Below, piece after piece: positions 17,269 to 26,091 of a stretch of 26,889 bases of DNA. The notes under the pieces are model-generated. The model saw nothing but the letters and a program-made list of their open reading frames with translations, ran no database searches and was not told the DNA's origin. Location: positions 1 to 26,889 of the forward strand of contig JAQBGU010000030.1 of the NCBI GenBank assembly GCA_032128375.1, read 5' to 3'. Positions within the stretch are counted from its first letter, which is position 1. Each line of letters starts with the position of its first letter. Both the position numbers and the translations under genes were made by a program. Origin of the DNA: Deltaproteobacteria bacterium (GTDB lineage: Bacteria; Myxococcota_A; UBA9160; SMWR01).

Positions 17269-18978
17269 GTGAAGAAGTACAGAAAATTGCTCATCGCAGC
17301 CAGTCTCAGTTGCCTATTGATCTTCTTACTCACGCGCTCGAGCGAGCCGAAAATCGAAAACGGCAGCACCCTGGTTGTCACACTCGATGGGGCCTACGTC
17401 GAGTCGACAGCCGCTCCGCTGTTGAATCGGATCCTCGGCGAAACCGGGGTTCCCTTCGCTGCGTTGCGGTCCGAACTGAAGAAAGCTGAACGCGACGAGC
17501 GGCTGGCCAACGTGGTGTTGCGGATCCGAACGCCGCAGTTGGGCTGGGCGCAGGCCCAAGAGTTGCGCAATCTGATTTCCGACCTGAGTGCAGCCGGAAG
17601 ACACACGGTCGCCTATCTGGAAACCGCGTCGTTTGTGTCGAACAATTTGTACTACATCGCCACGGCCGCCGACGAAATACAGGTATCGCCTGGCGCCATG
17701 GTGGGTGTCATCGGGCTCGCGGGTGAGTACCTGTTTTTCGGCGCACCCTGGGAAGAGATCGGCGTCGACTTCGAGGTGGCGCGCGTAGGTCGCTACAAGA
17801 CCTATGCCGATATGTTCGCGGAAAGCGCCATGAGCGAGGCACACCGCGAGCAGGCGAACTCGTTGCTGGACTCGATCAACGACCAGTTCGTCGAGGGAAT
17901 CGTCGAGGGCAGAGGGCTGTCGAGAGAGTTCGTCGAACGCGCGATCGACGCTGCGCCGATGTTACCCGGAGAGCTCGAGGCCCTCGGGTTCGTCGATGCT
18001 GTCGGCTTCTTCGAAGACACTCTCCAAACGCTCGGCGGCGGTCGGGTGGATTCGGACGAGTACGCGCGCGTCGCTCCTGCCACCGTGGGGATTGCACCGG
18101 TCGCAAAGTTTGCGCTGATCTACGGCTCTGGCAATGTGGTCGTCGGAAGCGGCCAGTCGACACCGGGCGGCGGCCTGGTGATGGCTTCGGACACGGTCTC
18201 GAAGGCCTTCGATGACGCCTCCGCTGACCCGAGCATCGACGCGATCATTTTTCGCATCGATAGTCCGGGTGGCTCGGTGCTCGCGTCGGATCTGGTCTGG
18301 CACGCGATCGAGCGCGCCAAGACTCACGGCAAGCCCGTGATAGCGTCGATGGTCAATGCGGCGGCTTCCGGCGGTTACTACGTGGCGGCTGCGGCGAACG
18401 CCATCGTCGCGTCGCCGTCGACGATCACAGGCTCCATCGGGGTGATCGCCGTCCGTCCAGTGATCCGACAATTGCTCGACAAGCTCGATATTGGTGTAGA
18501 GGTGCTGGCTCGTGGCAAACACGCCGACATGTTCACACTGTCACAACCGCTGGCGGACGACTCGCGCGAGCGATTCGACGAGCAAGTCCGTGATGTCTAC
18601 AAGCTGTTCATCAATCGTGTCGCGGCCGGACGCGGAATGCCTGCCGAACGCGTAGATGAACTCGGACGGGGCCGGGTCTGGACCGGCGAACAAGCCTTGG
18701 AGAACGGGCTCGTCGATGCGCTCGGTGGGCTCACCGAAGCGTTGGGCGTCGCGAAGGGCCGATTGGGGCTCGAGCCCGCCGCCGATGTCGTGCTGATCCC
18801 GTTTCCGCCTCCGCGTTCGCTGCCGGACCAACTTGCTTCGGCGTTCGACCAGGTGGCGATTCGCATGGCGGCGAATCCATCGCTGCCGGGTGTATTCGGG
18901 CGCGTAAAGAGCTGGCTCGAGGTCGCGACGTGGGAATCGCCGATGCTCCTCCCGCCGTTCTTGGTTGAGATTCGATAG
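17269..18978 (+). CDS. sppA: Signal peptide peptidase SppA (protease IV, long form)
   Basis: N-terminal TM, YYIATAAD, GRYK (catalytic Lys), RIDSPGGS, AASGGYY (catalytic Ser), TITGSIGV, GRVWTGEQALENGLVDALG. Confidence 0.95.
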   Translation: MKKYRKLLIAASLSCLLIFLLTRSSEPKIENGSTLVVTLDGAYVESTAAPLLNRILGETGVPFAALRSELKKAERDERLANVVLRIRTPQLGWAQAQELRNLISDLSAAGRHTVAYLETASFVSNNLYYIATAADEIQVSPGAMVGVIGLAGEYLFFGAPWEEIGVDFEVARVGRYKTYADMFAESAMSEAHREQANSLLDSINDQFVEGIVEGRGLSREFVERAIDAAPMLPGELEALGFVDAVGFFEDTLQTLGGGRVDSDEYARVAPATVGIAPVAKFALIYGSGNVVVGSGQSTPGGGLVMASDTVSKAFDDASADPSIDAIIFRIDSPGGSVLASDLVWHAIERAKTHGKPVIASMVNAAASGGYYVAAAANAIVASPSTITGSIGVIAVRPVIRQLLDKLDIGVEVLARGKHADMFTLSQPLADDSRERFDEQVRDVYKLFINRVAAGRGMPAERVDELGRGRVWTGEQALENGLVDALGGLTEALGVAKGRLGLEPAADVVLIPFPPPRSLPDQLASAFDQVAIRMAANPSLPGVFGRVKSWLEVATWESPMLLPPFLVEIR

Positions 18979-19015
18979 GGTTTCATCCGCGTGCGAAAAA
19001 ACAAGGAGGCCTCGC

Positions 19016-19462
19016 GTGGAACTCTCGAGAAGCTTTGAAGTCGACCAGCCCGCGGATACTGCCGCCCGTATCGCTGCCAGCGACGAGACCCTGGCCCGGC
19101 TGTTCGAAGGGACCAAGACCGAGATCATCGGACGCGAAGCCAACCGCCGGACAATACGCACTCACTACACCGCACTGGGGCGCGATGGTGTCGCAACGTT
19201 TCAATTCTTGTTCTGCGACGAGGGTTCGATCCAATTCGAAAAAGTCTGCGATGGGAACGTCTGGCGCAAGCTCGAAGGAGTGGTTTCGTTTACCAAACTC
19301 GAAAAGGGAGGGCGCGGAGGAGGAACCCGCGTGACCCTTCAGCTGAGCGGAAGCACCAAATCGCTGGTTCCCGAACTCGCGATCCGCGCTCCGATGAAAG
19401 CGCAACTCGACCAAATGACGGAGTCGCTTCGGAAGTGCCTCGAAGAGGGCGGCGGCCACTGA
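19016..19462 (+). CDS. Hypothetical protein, SRPBCC/START-like fold
   Basis: AAGGAGG SD before GTG 19016; 148 aa with strand-helix start (MELSRSFEVDQP), GGTRVTL strand and C-terminal amphipathic helix. The fold is an inference. Confidence 0.65.
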   Translation: MELSRSFEVDQPADTAARIAASDETLARLFEGTKTEIIGREANRRTIRTHYTALGRDGVATFQFLFCDEGSIQFEKVCDGNVWRKLEGVVSFTKLEKGGRGGGTRVTLQLSGSTKSLVPELAIRAPMKAQLDQMTESLRKCLEEGGGH

Positions 19463-19463
19463 A

Positions 19464-20285
19464 ATGACTCGACTGGCTGCGAGTGATGGGATCGAACTGT
19501 ATGCAGAGACTCACGGAGCCGGCATCCCGGTGTTGCTGTCTGGTGCGCTGTGCACGACGGCGGAAAACTACCGCTGCAACGTGGAGCCGCTCGTCGAGGC
19601 CGGCGCACAGCTGATTCTCTGGGACTACCGAGGTCACGGGAAGTCAGACTCGCCCCGGGACGCATCCGCTTATCACCTCGACCAGGTTCTCGATGATCTG
19701 GGTCGGGTGCTGGATTGGGCGGCACCCGCTCGAGCTGCGATTCTGGGTGGGTTGTCTTTCGGTGGGCTCGCATCATTGCATTTCGCGTATCGCAACCCGG
19801 AGCGGGTTTGCGGGCTCCTGTTGATCGACAGCGGTCCGGGATTCAAGAACCCAGAGGCACAGTCGAAATGGGAGGCCAGCGTCGAAAAGACCGCCTCTTA
19901 TCTGGACAACAAGGGAGCGGCCGCATTCGTCGAGAGCCGAGCGGCGGCCACGCTGATCGGGTCACGGCCCGAACTTCCCGCCGCGCAGGCCGCGGGCCGC
20001 GCAATCGCCGCGCAGGACCCGGTTGGGCTTGCACTCTTCGCCCGTCGTGTGGCGGCTCTTGCGCCTCCGATCATCGATGAGCTGCCCGAGATCGAAGTTC
20101 CGGCGCTGGTGGTGATTGGGGAGATGGACGCGCCTTATCGGCGCGCGGCTGACGTCATGACCGCGCGCTTGCCGCGCGCGAAGCGCCACACGATTCCCGG
20201 AGCGGGCCACATCGTGAATATCGAGGCCAGTGACGACTTCAATACAGCCGCAGCCGGCTTTATCAGAGAGTTTGCGACCCGCTAG
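19464..20285 (+). CDS. Alpha/beta fold hydrolase
   Basis: WDYRGHGKS, nucleophile elbow GLSFGG, PALVVIGEMD, IPGAGHIVNIE. Confidence 0.93.
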   Translation: MTRLAASDGIELYAETHGAGIPVLLSGALCTTAENYRCNVEPLVEAGAQLILWDYRGHGKSDSPRDASAYHLDQVLDDLGRVLDWAAPARAAILGGLSFGGLASLHFAYRNPERVCGLLLIDSGPGFKNPEAQSKWEASVEKTASYLDNKGAAAFVESRAAATLIGSRPELPAAQAAGRAIAAQDPVGLALFARRVAALAPPIIDELPEIEVPALVVIGEMDAPYRRAADVMTARLPRAKRHTIPGAGHIVNIEASDDFNTAAAGFIREFATR

Positions 20286-20351
20286 CCAGGCGTGCCGGAT
20301 CCGACCGGATCCCAATCCCGGGATGCATCCCCGGGATGAAGAGAAAAAAAC

Positions 20352-20378
20352 CGCAACTTTTGGGCTCTCTGCGGGTTT
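20352..20378 (+). promoter_or_regulatory. Possible ECF-type autoregulatory promoter
   Basis: A-tract, then CGCAAC-N16-GGTTT (AAC -35 motif with ECF-like spacing) just upstream of the ECF sigma gene. Confidence 0.4.
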
Positions 20379-20389
20379 GAATGCAGAAT

Positions 20390-20968
20390 ATGGAGGCCTG
20401 TCCCCGCGTAATCGACGTCGACGAAGACGTCCGATTGATGCTGGCGTTTCGCGACGGCGATGGGGCCGCCTTCGACGAGCTGTTCCGCCGTTGGGCCGCA
20501 CCGCTGCTGGGCTACCTGCAACGAATGGTGCGCGACGTGGCGTCGGCCGAAGAGCTGGTCCAGGAGGTATTTCTACGTGTCCACAGCAGCCGGGAACGCT
20601 ATTCGCCCGACGCCCGGTTCTCGACCTGGCTCTACCGTATAGCGACCAACCTGGCGCTCAACGAGCTGCGACGGCCGCGAAGTCGCGCCATTCACCTATC
20701 GACCGAGGACGAAGGGGCAACGCCGCTACGCGACGCCGGCGCTCGACCGGATGAACAGGCGCACCTGCGCAAGCTCACGGAAAGCGTGGAGCAGGGGCTT
20801 TGCCAGCTCCCGGACAAACAGCGTGCAGCAATCTGCCTGGCGGTCGTCGACGGACATTCGTATGCCGATGTCGCCGCGGCTATGGATATTTCGGTGCAAG
20901 CTGTGAAGGCTCTGGTACATCGCGCGCGAACTGCGCTTGCCGCGAAATTGCCAAGTCGCGAGTACTAG
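20390..20968 (+). CDS. ECF RNA polymerase sigma-70 factor
   Basis: DVRLMLAFRDGDGAAFDELF, AEELVQEVFLRV, FSTWLYRIATNLALNELR, LPDKQRAAI, SYADVA...AVKALVHRAR. Start is 20381 or 20390. Confidence 0.95.
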   Translation: MEACPRVIDVDEDVRLMLAFRDGDGAAFDELFRRWAAPLLGYLQRMVRDVASAEELVQEVFLRVHSSRERYSPDARFSTWLYRIATNLALNELRRPRSRAIHLSTEDEGATPLRDAGARPDEQAHLRKLTESVEQGLCQLPDKQRAAICLAVVDGHSYADVAAAMDISVQAVKALVHRARTALAAKLPSREY

Positions 20969-20994
20969 CGCCGAGGGTGTGTGAAAGCGCGTAC

Positions 20995-21180
20995 GAAGAA
21001 ATGTGCTGAACGGAATGAGTCGAAGGAATGAGTCGAAGGAATGTGTCGAAGGAATGTGTCGAAGGAATGAGTCGAAGAAATGAGTTGAAAGGAATGAGTT
21101 GAAAGGACTGAGTTGAAAGAAATGAGTTGAAAGGAATGAGTTGAACGGAATGAGTTGAAAGGAATGTGTTGAAAGGGAGT
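20995..21180 (+). repeat. Tandem array of 13 units (13-14 bp), consensus GAA(A)GGAATGWGTY, between sigma and anti-sigma
   Basis: Units start at 20995, 21008, 21022, 21035, 21048, 21061, 21074, 21087, 21101, 21115, 21129, 21143 and 21157, followed by the partial GAAAGGGAGT (the SD). No spacers. Confidence 0.97.
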
Positions 21181-21186
21181 ACTGAG

Positions 21187-21789
21187 ATGTCGATCCCCAA
21201 GAGCTGCGTGTCCGATGACCCGTCCTTCGAACAGGATCTGTCGATGCTGCTTGACGGCGAGCTCGACGCCTTGCGCGCCCATGACGTCCGTCGCCACCTA
21301 GACGTGTGCGCGCGCTGCAGTGAATTGTCGGGCGCCTTCGAAGGAGTGGATCGATCGCTGCGCGGTGCGGCGCTACCCGAGGTGTCACAGGCCCTCCGAA
21401 GGAACATCTGGAACGCGATCGAACGCGAGCGTGCGATGCGAGATTCGCAGTCAACCGGTCGCCCAGAACCCGAATTACCACAACTTCACGCGCACTCAAA
21501 TGCCGGTTCTCGAACACACACTCGTTCACCACACCGAATCGAGTCCCAGCAGCTACGTATTTCGCGTGCCGGCTCGTGGCGATGGGCTGGGCCCGTGCTC
21601 GCTTTGGCTGCGTCACTGGCGATCTATTTTTCGGCTGACGATCTGATCCCCTCCGGACTGGGCTTCGAACGGATTTCTGAAGAAGAGATTGCGGTCGCAC
21701 GCGAAATTGACACGATTATCGATCTCGACGTGATCGCAAATCTCGAGTTGGTCGAGCGACTGGCTTCGATCGGCGCGGGTGCCGGCTGA
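21187..21789 (+). CDS. Zinc-binding (zf-HC2/ZAS) transmembrane anti-sigma factor
   Basis: LSMLLDGEL...VRRHLDVCARC (HxxxCxxC), TM segment WAGPVLALAASLAIYF, C-terminal DLDVIANLELVERL; ATG 21187 follows GGGAG. Confidence 0.9.
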   Translation: MSIPKSCVSDDPSFEQDLSMLLDGELDALRAHDVRRHLDVCARCSELSGAFEGVDRSLRGAALPEVSQALRRNIWNAIERERAMRDSQSTGRPEPELPQLHAHSNAGSRTHTRSPHRIESQQLRISRAGSWRWAGPVLALAASLAIYFSADDLIPSGLGFERISEEEIAVAREIDTIIDLDVIANLELVERLASIGAGAG

Positions 21790-22439
21790 TGCGTTTCGGC
21801 TGGATCGTTGCGATCGCATGCTACGTGCTCGGGGTCGCCAGTTCGGCGTTGGCTCAGCATCCGAGTTTGGAAGAGGAACGTCCGACAGACGTGCCCACTT
21901 CCCGCCGGACGCACGAGGCGGACGAGGCGGGCGAGATGGACGAGGCACAGCATCGAGTTTCGCCGCGCCGGGCTCGCATGAACGAAATGCGCGAGCGCTT
22001 CCGAGATGCCACACCCGAGCAGCGCAGCGAGATGCGCGCGGAGCGGCTCAGGCGCATGGAATCGTTCGAGCTTCGCGGGCGCGGTAACAATGCGCTGACG
22101 GAGATGAGTCGCGAAGAGCGTGAGGCCCTGCGGGCAGAGGTCAGGGCGTTGCCGGACGAAGAACGCCACGAACTGCGTCGCAAGCTCCGGCATTTTCACT
22201 CGCTGCCGGAAAGCGAACAAGCCGAACTCGAGCAGCGATTCGGCGCGTTGCGCTCTCTGGATGCTTCGGAAAAAGAGCAGATCGAGCGGAACACCAGACG
22301 CTGGAACCAGATGCCCCTCCAGCGGCGAGAGGAGCTTCGCAACACTTGGGAGCGCTTCCGGGCTCTTCCACCCGATCTCCAGCAGGAAGCCCTCGAAAAG
22401 GCTCTGGCGGACGCCTCAGCGAACCCGAACGAGCCCTGA
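21789..22439 (+). CDS. Exported DUF3106-like helical repeat protein
   Basis: Signal peptide ending ALA-Q; repeated F/W-x-x-L-P-x-E-x-R/Q units; third gene after sigma and anti-sigma, coupled by TGATG. Confidence 0.8.
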   Translation: MRFGWIVAIACYVLGVASSALAQHPSLEEERPTDVPTSRRTHEADEAGEMDEAQHRVSPRRARMNEMRERFRDATPEQRSEMRAERLRRMESFELRGRGNNALTEMSREEREALRAEVRALPDEERHELRRKLRHFHSLPESEQAELEQRFGALRSLDASEKEQIERNTRRWNQMPLQRREELRNTWERFRALPPDLQQEALEKALADASANPNEP

Positions 22440-22580
22440 ACAGCAAACGAAGACCAAGCCAACGCGGCCAGGCGACAACGCGAAGGCCCTCGCCTGGCGG
22501 CGCACCGGCAACCAGTGGCGTCACACCTCACTCACTCCTAGGCTGTCTTCCTTCCAGAGTTCGAACAGCCGGGAGGGGGA

Positions 22581-23129
22581 ATGGGCAAGGTTTTCGCGGA
22601 AATCGACGAGCGCAACGCGGCATTCATCCGAAACCAGCGAATGTTCTTCGTTGCATCGGCCCCGCTTTCGGCCGACGCGATGGTGAACCTGTCACCCAAG
22701 GGTCTCGACAGCTTTTCGATTCTCGATCCGACCACAGTTGCGTACCTCGACTTGACCGGAAGTGGGATCGAGACCCTCGCCCACTTGCGCGAGAACGGGC
22801 GCATTACCTTCCTTTTCTGTGCGTTCGACGGCCCGCCCAGGCTGCTCCGGTTGTACGGGCGCGGTGAGGCCATCGAACCCGGCGACCCCGAGTGGGACGC
22901 ACTGGCACGTCACTTTCCCGAGTATCCAAGCGCGCGCTCGATCGTTCGCGCGCGCCTCGACCGGATCGCGGACTCCTGTGGTTATGGGGTCCCGCTGTAC
23001 ACGTTTGAAAGCGAGCGCACCCAGCTGCACGAATGGGCTGAGCGCAAGGGAGAAAGTGGGATTAGCGAGTACAAGGCGGTCAACAACGCCACGAGCCTCG
23101 ACGGCCTGGCCGGGTTGCGTCGGCCCTGA
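22581..23129 (+). CDS. Pyridoxamine 5'-phosphate oxidase-like FMN-binding protein
   Basis: MFFVASAP, VNLSPKG, YLDLTGSGIETLAHLRENGRITFLFCAFDGPPRLLRLYG, DSCGYGVP, NATSLDGL. Confidence 0.92.
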   Translation: MGKVFAEIDERNAAFIRNQRMFFVASAPLSADAMVNLSPKGLDSFSILDPTTVAYLDLTGSGIETLAHLRENGRITFLFCAFDGPPRLLRLYGRGEAIEPGDPEWDALARHFPEYPSARSIVRARLDRIADSCGYGVPLYTFESERTQLHEWAERKGESGISEYKAVNNATSLDGLAGLRRP

Positions 23130-23167
23130 TCCCGGCAACCGAGATCAGAAGTGCTCAGAGAGGATCT

Positions 23168-23572
23168 GTGCGTCGAATTCTTGACATTGATACTGACGCG
23201 CCAACACAGAGCATCGACATCACCGCGAAGGTGACTGCAGCTGTTGTCGAATCGAAAATTGAAAGCGGATTTTGTCATGTTATGGTGTTACACTCCACCG
23301 CATCGATCATCATCAACGAAACGGCAGACCCCAATATCGGTCTCGATCTGATTGCTGCGCTCGGTCGAGCGATACCCACACGATCGAACTGGCTGCACGA
23401 CCAGATCGACGACAACGCACACGCGCACATCAAGGCCTCGATTCTCGGCCCGTCAGAGATGATCGCGATCGATCGCAGCGAACTCGTGCTCGGAAAGTGG
23501 CAAGAGATCATGCTCGTCGAGTTCGACGGGCCGCGGAAGCGTCGAGTTGCGCTCCAGTTTCTGTCGAGCTAG
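23168..23572 (+). CDS. yjbQ: YjbQ/UPF0047 family protein (secondary thiamine-phosphate synthase family)
   Basis: DIT, HSTASIIINE, DNAHAHIKASILG, LGKWQEIMLVEFDGPRKR; GAGGA SD before GTG. Confidence 0.93.
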   Translation: MRRILDIDTDAPTQSIDITAKVTAAVVESKIESGFCHVMVLHSTASIIINETADPNIGLDLIAALGRAIPTRSNWLHDQIDDNAHAHIKASILGPSEMIAIDRSELVLGKWQEIMLVEFDGPRKRRVALQFLSS

Positions 23573-23634
23573 AGCGCGGGCGTTCCGATGGTCGATCCGA
23601 CGGCGATCGCCCAACCGTGCGGCCTGTCCCGCGC

Positions 23635-25122
23635 TCAATCAGCAGCGATCTTCTTCAGGGTTTTCAACCCGCCCGCAACGTGGAAGGCACTGAAGCCCTG
23701 TTTGCGCATGAACTCCGCCAGGTGTGCGCTCTTGAGTCCGATTTCGCAGTACAAGACGTAGGTCAATTTCCGATCGAATTCGGGGTAGGCCTTGAGCGCC
23801 TGACCGAACTCGAGCCGCGCTGCGGTGGGCCAATGCCATCCGTCGAATTCGTCCTTGGTTCGAAGGTCGATCACGGTTGCACCCGCAGGGATGCGATGGA
23901 CTTCCAGGTCTGGGATCGAAAGCGCGTCGAGGTCGAGACCGCGCAGTTTGAATACGGTGCGCCCGGCCATCGCCGCATCGATGAGCGACAGATCGAGTTT
24001 TGCCTCCTCGGCCTCGATTGCCACGAGCGTGGCGGCAGTGGCCGGCCGGGTTGGAACCATGTCGCAGTACTCGCCGACTACCTTCGAGAGTTCGAAGGTC
24101 CCGATTCTTTGTGCGGTGTCGATGATGGCGTCCTTGTTGGTGCCGATCAACGGACGCAGAATCGTCTCGGTCGTCGCGCGTGAGATCACAGCGAGGTTGG
24201 GAAGCGTCTGCGAGGAGACTTGACCAACCGCCTCGCCGGTCACGATTGCCGATGCATTCCGTTCGACAACGAGCTGTTCGGCGGCGCGCAACATCAGCCG
24301 CTTGAGCAACACCTGCCAATAACGGGGTCGCGTGCGGTTTCTGAGCTGTTCGACGATCGGATCGAAATCGAAGGAATGCAAGCGCGGTTGGTCGCCGTAC
24401 GACCACCGGTCCGCGAGTACCTGCGCAACTCGCAACGTGCCCTGTAGGTGTGTCTGGCCCCCCAGGTTGCAGAACGCATAGTCGCAACAGACACCGCGCC
24501 GTAGCAGCTGCCAGGCGGCAACCGCCGAATCGAAACCGCCACTGATCAGGGCGATCGCGCGTCCGCCGACCCCCACAGGAAGTCCGCCTTGTCCTGGGAT
24601 GCGTTCCGAAAAGAAATAGGCCTCGCGCCCGATCAATTCGATGTGGACGGTTTGCTCGGGGTTGCTCAGGTCGACCCCGGCCGAAATCCCGAGAAGCCGG
24701 GTTCCGAGTTCGCGCTCGATGTCAGTTGGAGCGAGCGGAATTTCCGTGCGGTCGCCCACCCGCCTGGCACGCACAGCGAAGCGCCGGCCCGAGACGCGCT
24801 CGGCAAATAGCTGTGCGCCGATGTCGGCCACCTGTTCGATGCTGGTCGCGGGGTGCGGTTCGACGATCGAGATCGACTGAATGCCGAACACCCGGGAGAT
24901 GGCTTCCAACCCGCTCAGTACCGCTGCTTGCAAGCCGTCGAGTTCGACGAAGATGCGGTTGTGGGATTGCCGGACGTGCGGCGTGAGGCCCTCGGCCTTC
25001 AGCGCGTCGCTCAAGTTCGCCACCAACCGACCCACGAACTGGCCGCGGGTCGCCCGCGCCTTGGTGCCGATCTCACCGGAAAACCGCACCAACGCGAGCT
25101 GATGTGCCGCAATCCCACTCAT
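23635..25122 (-). CDS. thiI: tRNA 4-thiouridine synthase ThiI with THUMP, PP-loop and C-terminal rhodanese domains
   Basis: RFSGEIGTK, FAVRARR, GGLPVG, LISGGFDS, TGEAVGQVSSQTL, ILRPLIG, EYC, VIDLR...YVLYCEIGLKS. Confidence 0.95.
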   Translation of the reverse strand: MSGIAAHQLALVRFSGEIGTKARATRGQFVGRLVANLSDALKAEGLTPHVRQSHNRIFVELDGLQAAVLSGLEAISRVFGIQSISIVEPHPATSIEQVADIGAQLFAERVSGRRFAVRARRVGDRTEIPLAPTDIERELGTRLLGISAGVDLSNPEQTVHIELIGREAYFFSERIPGQGGLPVGVGGRAIALISGGFDSAVAAWQLLRRGVCCDYAFCNLGGQTHLQGTLRVAQVLADRWSYGDQPRLHSFDFDPIVEQLRNRTRPRYWQVLLKRLMLRAAEQLVVERNASAIVTGEAVGQVSSQTLPNLAVISRATTETILRPLIGTNKDAIIDTAQRIGTFELSKVVGEYCDMVPTRPATAATLVAIEAEEAKLDLSLIDAAMAGRTVFKLRGLDLDALSIPDLEVHRIPAGATVIDLRTKDEFDGWHWPTAARLEFGQALKAYPEFDRKLTYVLYCEIGLKSAHLAEFMRKQGFSAFHVAGGLKTLKKIAAD

Positions 25123-25126
25123 GGGA

Positions 25127-25408
25127 TCAGGCGCAGAGTCGGTATAGAGTGCCGGCCAGGAACAGCAAGATCCACACAGCCGTCATCGGCGACGCCGATC
25201 CCAAGCGTCGAGGCGCGTCGCGTTCACCCTCCTCGAGCGCCTGACCTGAGAACAGCAGCGGCGTGATGGGGGCCGCAGAATCGCGCTGCTTGGACATGCG
25301 CCCGCCACAATGCAGGCAAGATCGGGCATCGACTGGGGCGGTGACGTTGCAGGCGTAGCAAAACGATTCGTAGGGATTCTGGGGTCCGGTATGTCTCACA
25401 CGGGCCAT
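25127..25408 (-). CDS. Small Zn-ribbon membrane protein
   Basis: CYAC-x10-CLHCG and a C-terminal hydrophobic helix (AVWILLFLAGTLYRL); ends 4 nt before the thiI start. Alternative start is GTG 25399. Confidence 0.75.
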   Translation of the reverse strand: MARVRHTGPQNPYESFCYACNVTAPVDARSCLHCGGRMSKQRDSAAPITPLLFSGQALEEGERDAPRRLGSASPMTAVWILLFLAGTLYRLCA

Positions 25409-25537
25409 GGTAGCGAGTTCTCTCGCCTGTGATTTCCGCCCCTATTGCCGCCCGATTTTCGCCTCGATTTACACCCAGATCGCCCGGTCCGATTTCTCTA
25501 TCAAGCGGGGCACGCAACTGTCCGATCCAGGCTCCCG

Positions 25538-25972
25538 ATGCATGACATGTCGCTTCTTCAGCTCGCGACCAGCGGGCACGCGCAGTGCTATCGCGTCTCA
25601 GTGCTGTGCGACGCCAGCCTGAGCGAACAGGGCATCTGCCACCGCGAGCCTGGCGGAGACCGTCTGCTTGCGTGGGAAACGATACAGACCGCGCTGGCCG
25701 GTGAGGTTGGAGAACCGGAGGGCGTGCGGACAATCGTATTCGATCTGGTGGTCGATCGCGTCGTCACACCCCAAGGTGTGAGTCTCTCGGTCTTTCGACT
25801 CGCCGCCGAGCCCGGTGAAGACGCCATGAATCTCGCCAAGGCGATCAGCAGAGCAATCGGCGACAGCGCGAGTGCATCGATCAAGAGTCTCGCCGCCGAT
25901 GGATTCCCGAGCCTCTGGTACCCAGATCTCGAGGAGTTCGAAGTGGCCGCCGCTCAGTCGCTGACCCGCTAG
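25538..25972 (+). CDS. Hypothetical protein
   Basis: Natural-looking globular sequence (ALAGEVGEPEGVRTIVFDLVV...WYPDLEEFE). Start uncertain (25445, 25538 or 25547). Confidence 0.65.
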   Translation: MHDMSLLQLATSGHAQCYRVSVLCDASLSEQGICHREPGGDRLLAWETIQTALAGEVGEPEGVRTIVFDLVVDRVVTPQGVSLSVFRLAAEPGEDAMNLAKAISRAIGDSASASIKSLAADGFPSLWYPDLEEFEVAAAQSLTR

Positions 25973-26091
25973 CCCAACGGCGAGGCTGCGCTTGCATCGT
26001 CGACTGACCCTTCTTGCAGCCTTCTGGTCGCGCCTGCGCCGCCTTGCACCGGAACCTTCCACGTCTCAGTACCCGGGCTAGTCTCCGATTC

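Noticed and set aside
20995..21180. CRISPR array
   Set aside because: Units are 13-14 bp, contiguous, with no unique spacers and no cas genes nearby.
20726..21700. Minus-strand ORFs with STHSF/HIPS repeats
   Set aside because: They are antisense translations of the array and overlap the clear sigma and anti-sigma genes.
23272..24487. Long alternative ORFs 23272-24183 (+) and 23639-24487 (-)
   Set aside because: Arg-rich off-frame or antisense shadows of yjbQ and thiI, typical of GC-rich DNA.
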